From Bacteroidales bacterium (GTDB lineage Bacteria > Bacteroidota > Bacteroidia > Bacteroidales > UBA12077): 64,000 nucleotides of DNA. This document shows, in pieces, positions 1 through 9,515 of this stretch. The number at the start of each line of letters is the position of its first letter. The first letter of the stretch is position 1. The notes beneath the pieces were generated by a model. That model saw only the letters and a list, made by a program, of their open reading frames with translations, searched no databases and was not told the DNA's origin. The translations under genes were made by a program, and so were the position numbers. The stretch spans positions 8,171-72,170 of the forward strand of contig DAOWGM010000095.1 in the NCBI GenBank assembly GCA_030637515.1, read 5' to 3'.

Positions 1-553
1 GGCTTCCAAAAAGTTTGTAGCTAACCCAATTTTGCACTTTTGCGATAAGTATTTCCCACCTTAAACAAATTTTTTTGGTGCTTCGTGGATTACCTTACAA
101 CTAACTTGACAAGGTCAGCAATTCTAAATGACCAACTTATAACAAGGCTTTTTACAGAGAGATACATTTAAAATTAAGGTAAGGCGTATTATGTGTGTGC
201 ATCTTATTAATAATTGAAGTTTGCAGAGATAAGCAGAAATCAACTAATGAAAGAGAGTCTAACTTAGCAGTTAGTAAATGGAAAGTAGAAAAACAATATC
301 CATTCAAATAATTAGCAATTTACTTCAATCCCTTGACATTGAGTTTGTAATTGCCTAAATTAGCTTTTCTAAATACTGAACTTTAAACTATTATTGATAC
401 GAAAGGGAGAACGTATTTTAAAGTTTAAAAATGGTTCAGAAAATACTAAATAATCAATCCTTATTCTTAGTAACTAAACTAAGATTAATTTTCAATTCCT
501 TAAATTCTCATAAATTAATTTCATTATTATTTTTTAAACTAAAACTAAAAAAT

Positions 554-1948
554 ATGAAATATGTTTTTAAAGAAATTCAGGTTCTTTTAATCTTGCTATG
601 TATCTTGTTATGTAATTTTCATTCTAAAGCAGATGTTAATGCGGATACAGTATTTGTTATTACTAACACAATGATTAAAAATGATAATGAGGGTTATTCT
701 ATAACTTCTCGATTTCCATTTATTACAATTAATGATACATTATATTTTACTTCAACAAATGTTTCCAATAAGATAAACTTTGTAGAAGATACAGTAGTAT
801 TGGTCTCCGATTCAACTTTAATTTATCAAGGTGAAATAATCAATTTCACAAATACATTATTCTCAATTGGATCAAGTGTTATTCTTCCAGCAGAGGGTAT
901 CTACAAAACATACAAAAAGATATTACAGACCAGAGAGAATACAATGAATTTCTTTAGAATGCAGCAAAAACTTTCTGAGCCTAGTACTATATCTCTTTTT
1001 GATCAAACCAATGTAAGACAGGGTGTACAAAAGAAACCATACATTTTAAATGCTAATATTCAGATCCCTATTGCATTAGGTGGATATAGATGGAATGTAA
1101 AAGGAGTACTTGCAACAGTTCATCTAATCCCGCAATTTAAAGTAAGGATATTCCAAGATGATACATCTGTTGGAGATATCTCAAGACCTGTAAGAACTCC
1201 GAGTTATATGCCTGGAGGTATTTTATTTTTAACACATGAAAAGATTTGGAATGAGCAAAGGAAGAATAATCATTACGTAGGTTTTAAAGTTTTTCATCAT
1301 AGTAATGGACAAGATGGTCCTGAATTCGTAGATAATGAGGTTAATGTATATAATGGTAACTTTGGTGAACAGGCTGTATTTGAATTTATTTACGGAGGGG
1401 TACATAAAACAAAACCTACCCCAAAGAAGGTTGATATTGATGATTATAGTAAACAATTTAAAATGTACTCTGAAACAAGTTATAATCATTTAATATCTTG
1501 GAGGGTTTCTTATGAATACCATCCTTATAATTTATCAACCGAATATTTCAGGGATTTAAATCTTTATGGAAGAAATCGCATAAATGCATCCTTAGACCTT
1601 ATGAAAATATCGAAGTATAATACCTATATATTTATTCCTGAAATTGGTCATTATAAAAAAATAAGATCAAATGATGAAAAAGAAAAATGGCGATTAAGCA
1701 TACATTTAAATTACATTATAGATCAAGAGTACAGCACAGGTAATAATATCGTACAGAAAGAGGTGGAATTCTTAGATAAAAGCAGGATAAACTTTTATCT
1801 AAGCGCATTTATGCCATTAAGGGGCTCTCCCTATACTGCACTTTTTTGTGAAGCAGGATATTACGGTAGCGATCCTTATAATATATATTTTCAATACAGA
1901 ATGTTGTATGCCAGATTCGGAGTTTCACTTAACTTTTTCGACCGTTAA
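554..1948 (+). CDS. Secreted/outer-membrane protein, possibly phospholipase A1 (OMPLA)-like
   Basis: ORF 431..1948. The likely true start is the internal ATG at 554 (MKYVFKEIQVLLILLCILLCNFHSKA, signal-peptide-like). FHHSNGQDG resembles the H-x-S-N-G catalytic motif of outer-membrane phospholipase A1. The protein is much longer than canonical OMPLA, so the call is tentative. Confidence 0.35.
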   Translation: MKYVFKEIQVLLILLCILLCNFHSKADVNADTVFVITNTMIKNDNEGYSITSRFPFITINDTLYFTSTNVSNKINFVEDTVVLVSDSTLIYQGEIINFTNTLFSIGSSVILPAEGIYKTYKKILQTRENTMNFFRMQQKLSEPSTISLFDQTNVRQGVQKKPYILNANIQIPIALGGYRWNVKGVLATVHLIPQFKVRIFQDDTSVGDISRPVRTPSYMPGGILFLTHEKIWNEQRKNNHYVGFKVFHHSNGQDGPEFVDNEVNVYNGNFGEQAVFEFIYGGVHKTKPTPKKVDIDDYSKQFKMYSETSYNHLISWRVSYEYHPYNLSTEYFRDLNLYGRNRINASLDLMKISKYNTYIFIPEIGHYKKIRSNDEKEKWRLSIHLNYIIDQEYSTGNNIVQKEVEFLDKSRINFYLSAFMPLRGSPYTALFCEAGYYGSDPYNIYFQYRMLYARFGVSLNFFDR

Positions 1949-1994
1949 AAATGAGAAAAGTAGTTTTAGTTAAATTCATTTAATACAAGCAGTT

Positions 1995-2939
1995 ATGGCA
2001 AAACAGATAATTTTAACAGCAGATGATTTCGGAGCTTGTGATTATATTAATGAAGGAATATACACAGCTATAGAAAAGAGAAAGATAAATACAGTATCAG
2101 TATTTGTAACTCATTTAATATCCAAATCATCAATTGAAAACCTAATTAAGTTTAGAGATGACAATAACTATGATTTTAATATTGGATTGCATTTCAGTAT
2201 TAATTCTGGACATTCCTTACTTAATAGAAAAAGTTCTTTAACTAATAAGTCGGGTGGTGGATACCATTATTTTAAAAAAGTAAAAAAATATAAATTTAAT
2301 AAGATCAAACTTAATGATATAGAAGAGGAGTTAATAGCGCAATTAAAAAAACTCGATGATATATTGGAAGATACTCCAATTGATCATATTTCAAATCATT
2401 GTGGTCTTGTTTATATTGACATAGATTTTTTTAATCGTTTCATAAAAACAATAAAGAATTATAACAATAATAATAAATACAATAAACCCATTCCAATTAG
2501 AAGTCCAATATCATGGTTAAAGAGCATGGGTAATGGTATAATTTCGACCCTTTCGGCACCAACAGTACGTCAAGGTATAAAACTTGGTATGAGCAAGAAA
2601 TTTTTTGCACTTACTCGAAAAAAACTTGAAGAACGAAAAGATGCAGCACAAAAATTAAATATTAAATTTCCTGATTATCTAGTAGATATAATTTACGGAC
2701 AAGCAACAACGAATATCTTAGAAGGAATTGTTAAAGATTTTAAGAATAATGAGATATCTGCTGAACTAATGTTTCATCTTGGAAAGGGTAATGACGATCC
2801 TGATCTTATCCCACACGGTATTAATAGAACATATTATTCAAAAAGGGAAAAAGAACTGGATGTACTGCTCTCTTGGGATTTACAGGCTGACTTCCAAAAA
2901 TATGGGATTAGTAAAGTAGGATTTAATCAATTATCATAA
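1995..2939 (+). CDS. YdjC/ChbG-family carbohydrate deacetylase
   Basis: The N-terminus QIILTADDFGACDYINEGIYTAIEKRKINTVSVFV matches the ADDFG...N.gI...G.i.s.s.m signature of the YdjC family. Confidence 0.65.
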   Translation: MAKQIILTADDFGACDYINEGIYTAIEKRKINTVSVFVTHLISKSSIENLIKFRDDNNYDFNIGLHFSINSGHSLLNRKSSLTNKSGGGYHYFKKVKKYKFNKIKLNDIEEELIAQLKKLDDILEDTPIDHISNHCGLVYIDIDFFNRFIKTIKNYNNNNKYNKPIPIRSPISWLKSMGNGIISTLSAPTVRQGIKLGMSKKFFALTRKKLEERKDAAQKLNIKFPDYLVDIIYGQATTNILEGIVKDFKNNEISAELMFHLGKGNDDPDLIPHGINRTYYSKREKELDVLLSWDLQADFQKYGISKVGFNQLS

Positions 2940-2970
2940 ACATTATTAATTAAAATAAAAACATAGAATT

Positions 2971-3363
2971 ATGGATCCAAATTATTTTTTTATCGATTGG
3001 GAAAGATTAGGCGAAGTACTAATCACCATTATTGTTTTTTCATTCTTTCTTGAAAGAGCATTAGCACCCCTTTTTGAATCAAATTTTTTCATAAAACGTT
3101 TTAAAGGTAAAAGCTTAAAGGAGCTTATTGCAGTTATTTGCGGATTAATTATTTGTTGGATATGGAAATTTGATGCCCTCAGTTTTGTTTTTCCAATGGA
3201 AAAAACTACAATTATCGGTTATGTTATAACTGGTGCTATAATTGCAGGTGGAAGCAAAGCTTCAATTGCTCTATTTTTGAATTTAATGAATGTCAAAAGT
3301 GCAGCTCAGAAATTAAAAGATGCAGAAAAAGAAGCAGAACTAAAGAAATTGGCTGGCAAGTAA
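2971..3363 (+). CDS. Small membrane protein, unknown function
   Basis: 130-aa ORF with about 3 hydrophobic helices and a Lys/Glu-rich C-terminal tail. No recognisable motif. Confidence 0.4.
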   Translation: MDPNYFFIDWERLGEVLITIIVFSFFLERALAPLFESNFFIKRFKGKSLKELIAVICGLIICWIWKFDALSFVFPMEKTTIIGYVITGAIIAGGSKASIALFLNLMNVKSAAQKLKDAEKEAELKKLAGK

Positions 3364-3379
3364 CCTACACTATTTAACT

Positions 3380-4441
3380 ATGAAAAAGATTTTATTAATT
3401 ATTGTAATACTCTTACTAAAAATAAATCTTTATGCAGATTATTTAGAGGTAAGAGTAAATGTTGGCATTAAAAATGAGCCGACAAGTAATTCTGAAGTAA
3501 TTTACAAAGCAACAGCAGGAGACCTGTTTCTCTTGCTTGATAGCGCTCAACAAACTAATGGTTATTATCATATTCAAATAGATGGAATTTTAAATGGTTG
3601 GGTTTATCGTACAATGGTTAGATTAAATAAAGGCGATTTACCTGAAATTGAAAACGAAAAACCTATTCCAGCATCTGTCTATGGAATTGGTCAAATTCCT
3701 AACGATTATTACCAAGGTATTGAATCTCTTTCAGGAGAGAATCTCAAAAAGCAACTTCATCTGATTATTCGTAATCATACAGTTTTTTCTTATGATAAAG
3801 TTTGGGACATACTCTCTGAAACAGATAAAGATCCATATAATCCTGAAAATGTAATTATATTGTATAATAAACGTTCACAAAAGGCTATTCACCGTGATAG
3901 AGGAACTTCATTCGATTATACTGCGCATGGATATAATCTAAATGATTCTTGGAATAGAGAGCATGTGTGGCCTAAATCTCATGGCTTTCCAAATCCTAAA
4001 GATACAGCATACACTGATCTTCATCATTTGCGCCCTGCTGATCGATCAACAAACTCAGCACGCAATACGCGTTCATTTGATGAGTGCATGAATATCTATT
4101 TTGATAATGCAAAAACAATCGAAACAGAATGTCATACTTCTAGTTCAAATTGGGCTTGGGAACCACCAAAAGAAATTAAAGGAGATGTTGCTCGAATGAT
4201 TTTTTATATGTCTGTTCGTTACGAAGGAACTGATTATAATCTCGAAATTCTGGATCAAGTATTACTAAAAGGTTCAAAAGAACCTACAATTGGGAAATTA
4301 TCAACTCTTATACGTTGGCATAAAGAGGATCCTGTCGATAATTGGGAACGTCAACGTAATCACGTTATTTATACAAAATATCAAAAGAACAGAAATCCTT
4401 TTATCGATCATCCCGAATGGGTCAGTCTAATTTGGAATTAA
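3380..4441 (+). CDS. Secreted endonuclease I family nuclease with N-terminal SH3b-like domain
   Basis: Signal peptide MKKILLIIVILLLKINLYA. REHVWPKSHGF, DLHHLRPADRSTNSARN and NRNPFIDHPEW match conserved endonuclease I (EndA/Vvn, PF04231) blocks. The N-terminal about 80 aa (GWVYRTMV) looks SH3b-like. Confidence 0.7.
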   Translation: MKKILLIIVILLLKINLYADYLEVRVNVGIKNEPTSNSEVIYKATAGDLFLLLDSAQQTNGYYHIQIDGILNGWVYRTMVRLNKGDLPEIENEKPIPASVYGIGQIPNDYYQGIESLSGENLKKQLHLIIRNHTVFSYDKVWDILSETDKDPYNPENVIILYNKRSQKAIHRDRGTSFDYTAHGYNLNDSWNREHVWPKSHGFPNPKDTAYTDLHHLRPADRSTNSARNTRSFDECMNIYFDNAKTIETECHTSSSNWAWEPPKEIKGDVARMIFYMSVRYEGTDYNLEILDQVLLKGSKEPTIGKLSTLIRWHKEDPVDNWERQRNHVIYTKYQKNRNPFIDHPEWVSLIWN

Positions 4442-4471
4442 AACATCTATTTCCAACTAAGTATTTAAAAA

Positions 4472-5011
4472 ATGGTAAAATATAAAGAAATAATTAAAAG
4501 ATTTAAACAGTACAAAATCACAGGTATTAGCTCAGCGGTTTTTGGAATATCTTGGGAAACAAAAAAATCGGATAAGAATAAAATAAAAAAAATTCTTCTT
4601 TATTTGGAAGATAGAAGAGTGCTGTATTTACAGTATGAGCCACATATGAAGAAAGCTAATTGTGTCCAGTCTGTATTAAATATTAGAGAATATTTATCGA
4701 CAGAAATAGCAAAACTCTCTGATGAATCTGATTTAATACCAGTTTTAAGATATCTAAGAGCATCATGTCGTAAATTTCTTTTAAGAATAGAACCATACCA
4801 ATATGAACTTAATAACTTACCGAAAGATGTTCCAATTGAAGCAAAATTTATTTTTTCAACTGCATTAGGAGAACTAAGATCCAGTTTTGGAGATATTATT
4901 GCGCTTTTTTGCGTAAAATATGAGTTAGATATTAGCGATGAGCTAGGATCAATTCTACCAATTGAAGATGATGATAAACTGCTTAATGATACAAAAACTG
5001 CATTATCATGA
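4472..5011 (+). CDS. Hypothetical protein, first gene of a 3-gene cassette
   Basis: 179-aa ORF with no recognised motif. Its stop overlaps the next ATG (ATGA, 5008-5011), implying translational coupling to the EEP nuclease gene. Confidence 0.4.
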   Translation: MVKYKEIIKRFKQYKITGISSAVFGISWETKKSDKNKIKKILLYLEDRRVLYLQYEPHMKKANCVQSVLNIREYLSTEIAKLSDESDLIPVLRYLRASCRKFLLRIEPYQYELNNLPKDVPIEAKFIFSTALGELRSSFGDIIALFCVKYELDISDELGSILPIEDDDKLLNDTKTALS

Positions 5012-5712
5012 AAATTATCACTTGGAATTGCAGAATGAAATATCGTGAAAAAGCAGATGAAATTCTGACTTTACAACCTGATATTGTAGTGGTTCCTGAA
5101 TGCGAAAATAAAGAAAGACTAAAATTTGGTATGTCTACTAAAAAGCCATGTGATTCTCTTTGGTTTGGTGAAAACGTAAATAAAGGAATTGGAATCTTCT
5201 CATATTCAAATTTTAAATTTAAACTTCATAGTTCGTATAATAAAAACTTTAAATATTTTATTCCTATTGAAGTTTATTCTAAAAAAAACACTTTTAACTT
5301 ACTGATTGTATGGAACAATCCTGGCAATAAGGATTCTAATTATATTCGTCAAGCCACGAATGCATTAAAATTTTATGTACCTAAGTTAGACAACAAAAGA
5401 TTAATAATCATTGGAGATTTCAATTCTAATAATTTTTGGGATAAACCGCAGGGTGAGTTTAAACATAATGATTTAGTCTCTTATTTAGAGAAAGATTTTA
5501 AAATATTTAGTCTATATCATAAATATTATAAAGAAGATCAAGGAAATGAATCTATACCAACAAGTTATTGGAATAATAAGCCTTATCATGTAGATTATTG
5601 TTTTGCTTCATCTGATTTCAGCAAAAATGCAGAAAGTGTTGAGATTGGAGATTATAAACGTTGGAGAAAATTTAGTGATCATATGCCAATGATAATTAAT
5701 ATAAACGATTAG
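5008..5712 (+). CDS. Endonuclease/exonuclease/phosphatase (EEP) family protein
   Basis: MKIITWNC..., DIVVVPE, IIIGDFNSNN and FSDHMPMI match the ordered N/E/D/H catalytic motifs of the EEP fold. It is a minimal single-domain protein. Confidence 0.7.
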   Translation: MKIITWNCRMKYREKADEILTLQPDIVVVPECENKERLKFGMSTKKPCDSLWFGENVNKGIGIFSYSNFKFKLHSSYNKNFKYFIPIEVYSKKNTFNLLIVWNNPGNKDSNYIRQATNALKFYVPKLDNKRLIIIGDFNSNNFWDKPQGEFKHNDLVSYLEKDFKIFSLYHKYYKEDQGNESIPTSYWNNKPYHVDYCFASSDFSKNAESVEIGDYKRWRKFSDHMPMIININD

Positions 5713-5730
5713 TCAATAAAACACATTATC

Positions 5731-6363
5731 ATGGAAGAAAGTAAAACTTTTTTAGACTACTTAATTATTCTATCACCTGTTGCAATAAGTATATTCGCCT
5801 TAGCCTTGTCTTACCTTGCTAATCTTAAGTTATCAAAACAAAAGGATAAGGAATTACAAAAAGACTATAAGCTTAAAGAGACTGATTTGCTTGAAAAGAT
5901 TAAAGAATATGAGCGTAAAGAAATTTATAAAAAACTTAACGAATTTTATAGTCCATTATTGATATTGAGAAGTACAAGCAAAGCATTGCACGACACATTT
6001 AAAAATGGAAGAAAATTTAGAACATTAACTGAATTACTTGGTGGTTCATCATATGATGGAAATGACCTTGTTGTATTAAATGAAATATTGGTTATAGGAA
6101 ATAAGTGTAAGGAAATTATTTTTAATAATTCAGGTTTAATTGATGATGTAAGACTTAGGGATACGCATATTCCAAGTTTATTAAATCATTTTTTGATAAT
6201 TCAAAAAGCTTTTGATGGCAAAATAAAAGATGATGTCCAAAGATTTGAAAATTATGTCTTTCCAAATGAAATTGATGATATTTTAAAGGAAAAAGTTGAA
6301 GAATTACAACAAAGGCTTATAACATTAAATAGAGTAGACAGAGAATCTTTCGATGAAAGCTAA
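5731..6363 (+). CDS. N-terminally membrane-anchored hypothetical protein
   Basis: 210 aa with one N-terminal TM helix (LIILSPVAISIFALALSYLANL), then a coiled-coil-like Lys/Glu-rich segment. It starts 19 nt after the EEP gene. Confidence 0.4.
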   Translation: MEESKTFLDYLIILSPVAISIFALALSYLANLKLSKQKDKELQKDYKLKETDLLEKIKEYERKEIYKKLNEFYSPLLILRSTSKALHDTFKNGRKFRTLTELLGGSSYDGNDLVVLNEILVIGNKCKEIIFNNSGLIDDVRLRDTHIPSLLNHFLIIQKAFDGKIKDDVQRFENYVFPNEIDDILKEKVEELQQRLITLNRVDRESFDES

Positions 6364-6726
6364 ACCATCTTTTAAGTTATTAAAGACAACATTTGATGAT
6401 TCTCTAACAATTTTGAATCGGTTTGCAAAACTCGTGTCTATTGCAGATCTTTCATCAATAAGAATTATTGTTTTATTTAAAGCTTTTGCATATCCAACTT
6501 CTAAGGTCAGACCATATCCAGATGGATTGTCCTTTTCCATATATACTAAGATAATGTCTGCTTTTTTAACATAATGCAAATCCCATGTTGTATACTGCTC
6601 AGGTATACTCAGATGATGATCCCTTGGATTTAAAAAAATAAATTTATCCTCAAATTGTTGGATAACTTTATCTTGCCATCCAGATTTCATTCCGCCTGCT
6701 AAATAAACTTTTTCTTTAAGATTCAT
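6325..6726 (-). CDS. Nucleoside 2-deoxyribosyltransferase-like (NDT/Rcl/YtoQ-fold) protein
   Basis: KVYLAGGMKSGWQ at the N-terminus and GYGLTLEVGYAKAL (conserved Glu in the ...E.G.A motif) are typical of PF05014-like proteins. It overlaps the upstream membrane-protein gene by 11 nt. Confidence 0.6.
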   Translation of the reverse strand: MNLKEKVYLAGGMKSGWQDKVIQQFEDKFIFLNPRDHHLSIPEQYTTWDLHYVKKADIILVYMEKDNPSGYGLTLEVGYAKALNKTIILIDERSAIDTSFANRFKIVRESSNVVFNNLKDGLAFIERFSVYSI

Positions 6727-7378
6727 TGCCTTTTGTTTTTGTTTTAGAAAGATAAATTGAAAAAGGGATATTCATTGATATTGCATAAAATCTCTTCCAG
6801 CCAATCCTAAGTGTAAATGCTAAAATAAAAAATACTATTAGTATTGCCCAGTTCACAAAATAGTCGTTAAAAAATTCGATACAATAAGAAGATAAGTTAA
6901 AAACAATTCCTATTACTAAAGAAATAAGTACTATTGTATGCAATTGATTAAATACTTCTGCTCTAAACATAAAAATATAAACCTTTTTATCAGCTTCTGG
7001 CACAACCGACATAGCATAATTTCTAAATGACTTGAAATGACTTAATTTTTGATCATCTTCCTTTGTTTCTTCTTCAATAATTTTAGAAACTAATTTATAA
7101 TTATCCTTACTTGAAAGATCATCAAGTACTGTGTCTACAGAAGAAATTGGAAGTTTTTTTGATAGTGTATTAAACCAGTTGTCTTTTAACAATGTAAAAG
7201 AATGAATTACATAACCAATAACATATGACATAATAATCATAATATAAACTTCCGATAAAAAACCAGTAGAAACACCAAACATTTTTTCAATAATTATTAT
7301 TGCTATAAAGCCTGGTACAAAAAAACCTATTATATCAAAGAAAAACTCTTTTAACGATGCAACAATATCAAATTTCAT
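6716..7378 (-). CDS. Polytopic membrane protein, unknown function
   Basis: 220 aa. There are about 2 N-terminal and 2 C-terminal hydrophobic helices flanking a charged soluble loop. It is translationally coupled to the NDT-like gene. Confidence 0.5.
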   Translation of the reverse strand: MKFDIVASLKEFFFDIIGFFVPGFIAIIIIEKMFGVSTGFLSEVYIMIIMSYVIGYVIHSFTLLKDNWFNTLSKKLPISSVDTVLDDLSSKDNYKLVSKIIEEETKEDDQKLSHFKSFRNYAMSVVPEADKKVYIFMFRAEVFNQLHTIVLISLVIGIVFNLSSYCIEFFNDYFVNWAILIVFFILAFTLRIGWKRFYAISMNIPFSIYLSKTKTKGNES

Positions 7379-7472
7379 GTTTTTACACTTTTAGTTCAAT
7401 ATTTATGTTGTTATTTAATCAATTTACTTTTTAGATTTATCTCTCAGTCTATTTAAATTGTATATTAATGTT

Positions 7473-8411
7473 TTAAATATATAGTTCTTTTGCAATATGA
7501 TCAATATAATATTCAATATCTGGAGTTGTTGCTCTGATTGACTTGGAATAGCATAACATTTGAGATATTAAATCAAATAACATAGAACTGTTGCTAAACT
7601 CCGTTTTAAAATCACTTTCTTTAATTAAACCAATAGGAGCATTTAAATTGAAAATAAACCAGAATAGTTTACCGAGCATAAAAATATCTGACTGATTGTC
7701 AATACAACAATCAAAGTTAAGACTTGATTCTTCAGTTAAAAACTTATTCATAGCCTCAGGAGATAGCCAACCATAAGGACCTATTTTCTCGCCTATATCA
7801 TCATAATCTGTATCTCGATATTGAATTAAACCCAAATCTCCAATTTTCCATTTAAAAGTTTCATCATTTAGAAATAATAAAACATTATCAGGCTTTATAT
7901 CTCTATGGTATATTTCTTCTTTATGAAGATTCTTTATTGCATGAAATATATCTCTACAAAGCCTAAAACGCTCTTGTAAATCCAAATCTTGATGTTCATG
8001 TAAATATTCCTTTAAATCTGTATCTGCTTTTTCCATAACATAATATGGAAACTCTTTATTATTAATCTCTATTATCCCGTCGAAATCAATTTGTATTATA
8101 TTTTCATATTTATCCTTAACCTCATACAATGCTTTTATTTCACTTAAAAACCTATTATATCTTTTACCTAGTCTTTTTGATTCTTTTTTAGTCTTAGGTC
8201 TGAAATAATTTGAAAATTTAATAGCTTTTTCAATATTCGTCTTATTATCAATTAATTTAAATACATTTGAATTACCACCTTTTGAGTTTAGAAATTCTTC
8301 TTTCAATGGATAAATAAATAGCTTTTCATCGTCAACAGTTATGAAATTTTTTTCATTTTCAAGGTCGTCTCCATTTATTGATAAAGTTATCTTGTTATAC
8401 TTATATTCCAT
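7473..8411 (-). CDS. Hanks-type (eukaryotic-like) Ser/Thr protein kinase
   Basis: All core subdomains are visible: SKGGNSNVFK (Gly loop), KAIKF (VAIK Lys), LSEIKAL (Glu), YHRDIKPDNVLL (catalytic loop), IGDLGL (DFG-like), GWLSPEAM (APE-like) and SDIFMLGKLFW. The start lies 2 nt after the DUF262 stop. Confidence 0.8.
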   Translation of the reverse strand: MEYKYNKITLSINGDDLENEKNFITVDDEKLFIYPLKEEFLNSKGGNSNVFKLIDNKTNIEKAIKFSNYFRPKTKKESKRLGKRYNRFLSEIKALYEVKDKYENIIQIDFDGIIEINNKEFPYYVMEKADTDLKEYLHEHQDLDLQERFRLCRDIFHAIKNLHKEEIYHRDIKPDNVLLFLNDETFKWKIGDLGLIQYRDTDYDDIGEKIGPYGWLSPEAMNKFLTEESSLNFDCCIDNQSDIFMLGKLFWFIFNLNAPIGLIKESDFKTEFSNSSMLFDLISQMLCYSKSIRATTPDIEYYIDHIAKELYI

Positions 8412-8413
8412 CT

Positions 8414-9511
8414 TTATAACTTTTCTATTGGTAAAAGATAATAACCATTTAATGTTACTAATTCTTCATTTTTAATGTTAAAATAAATCATAATTTCTTC
8501 AAAATCATTCACATATTCTTCTTCTTCTAAAATGTAATCATTCTTTTGATTAAACATGATGGTTTCAAGTAGGCTTAACCTTAAATCTCTTGCTTTTTTA
8601 GAATTTGATTGAGAAACACAGGTGAATGCATAATTTTGGAATGCAAAACAATCTTCATTTGATGGTACTATCTTAGAATCAACTTTTACTAAAATATTAT
8701 AAAATAACTCAAATAATTTCTCACTTAGTTTTATGTATTTATGACAAAATGAAAATAAAGTGTAAAAATCATTTTTCTGTTTATATCGAGTCTGTTTAAG
8801 AGGGTAGAAATTATTAAATACTCTAATAATTTCTATTGTACTCCAAAACTTCTCAGTTAAACTATTTAGACTTTCAGGCTCATCTTTTAAATCTATAAAT
8901 AAGGTATCAACATGCTTTTTTTTATCTGTTATTCCATAATTAATGATTGAAAGTAATTCACCAATAAAATCTTGGTCCATTAATCTATCTTGACTTGCGC
9001 CTGAGAATAATTCAAGTTCCTTGAACTTTTCATCTTCACTTATTTCTTCGATTAAATTTTGAACGGGATTTTCAAAATGTTCCGATCTCAATATCTCAGG
9101 TCGATTTAATTTTGCACCAAATTTATTAACATCATGATAAAAATTTACAACTAATTTCTGATCACTAACTTCAGAAAGAATTACAATTATTAATTTGTAT
9201 TCATTCAAAAAATAATTCTCATCTGAATCCTTTATATAGTCTTTATTTGTGTCTGGATAAAGTCCTGCCTTATATCCTAAAAAAGTTCTAGTCCTTTGTT
9301 GCCCATCCACCATTTCATAATTCCCATCTGTATTTAAATATAAGAAAAAGTTAGGTAAAGGAAATTTCTTTTTAATTGTATCAATTAATCTTTTCTTTGC
9401 TGGTAATGACCATATGTCATTTCTTTGATAAGGTGGATTAAGGTTTAGTTTGTTTTCATCATAGAGTTTAATTAAACTCGATATTGACCAGCTTTCTACA
9501 GTATATTTCAT
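8414..9511 (-). CDS. DUF262 (ParB-like/GmrSD N-terminal type) domain protein lacking a DUF1524/HNH nuclease half
   Basis: PPYQRNDIWS...KKRLIDTIKKKFPLPNFFL...VDGQQRTRT is the DUF262 signature, including the DGQQR motif. The remaining about 200 aa are helical with no His-Me/HNH-like motif seen. Confidence 0.75.
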   Translation of the reverse strand: MKYTVESWSISSLIKLYDENKLNLNPPYQRNDIWSLPAKKRLIDTIKKKFPLPNFFLYLNTDGNYEMVDGQQRTRTFLGYKAGLYPDTNKDYIKDSDENYFLNEYKLIIVILSEVSDQKLVVNFYHDVNKFGAKLNRPEILRSEHFENPVQNLIEEISEDEKFKELELFSGASQDRLMDQDFIGELLSIINYGITDKKKHVDTLFIDLKDEPESLNSLTEKFWSTIEIIRVFNNFYPLKQTRYKQKNDFYTLFSFCHKYIKLSEKLFELFYNILVKVDSKIVPSNEDCFAFQNYAFTCVSQSNSKKARDLRLSLLETIMFNQKNDYILEEEEYVNDFEEIMIYFNIKNEELVTLNGYYLLPIEKL

Positions 9512-9515
9512 TTTT

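Noticed and set aside
1-430. Non-coding 430 nt at the window start as a possible ncRNA (tmRNA, riboswitch and so on)
   Set aside because: I found no recognisable conserved RNA motif, such as a tmRNA acceptor/T-arm or a riboswitch core, and no strong hairpins. It may simply be a promoter region or the truncated edge of an upstream feature.
431-553. N-terminal 41-aa extension of the first ORF (and similar upstream extensions at 42687-42737, 52766-52792 and 58139-58180)
   Set aside because: In each case an internal ATG gives a canonical signal peptide or prepilin leader. The extensions are low-complexity and, at 42706-42737, overlap the preceding gene.
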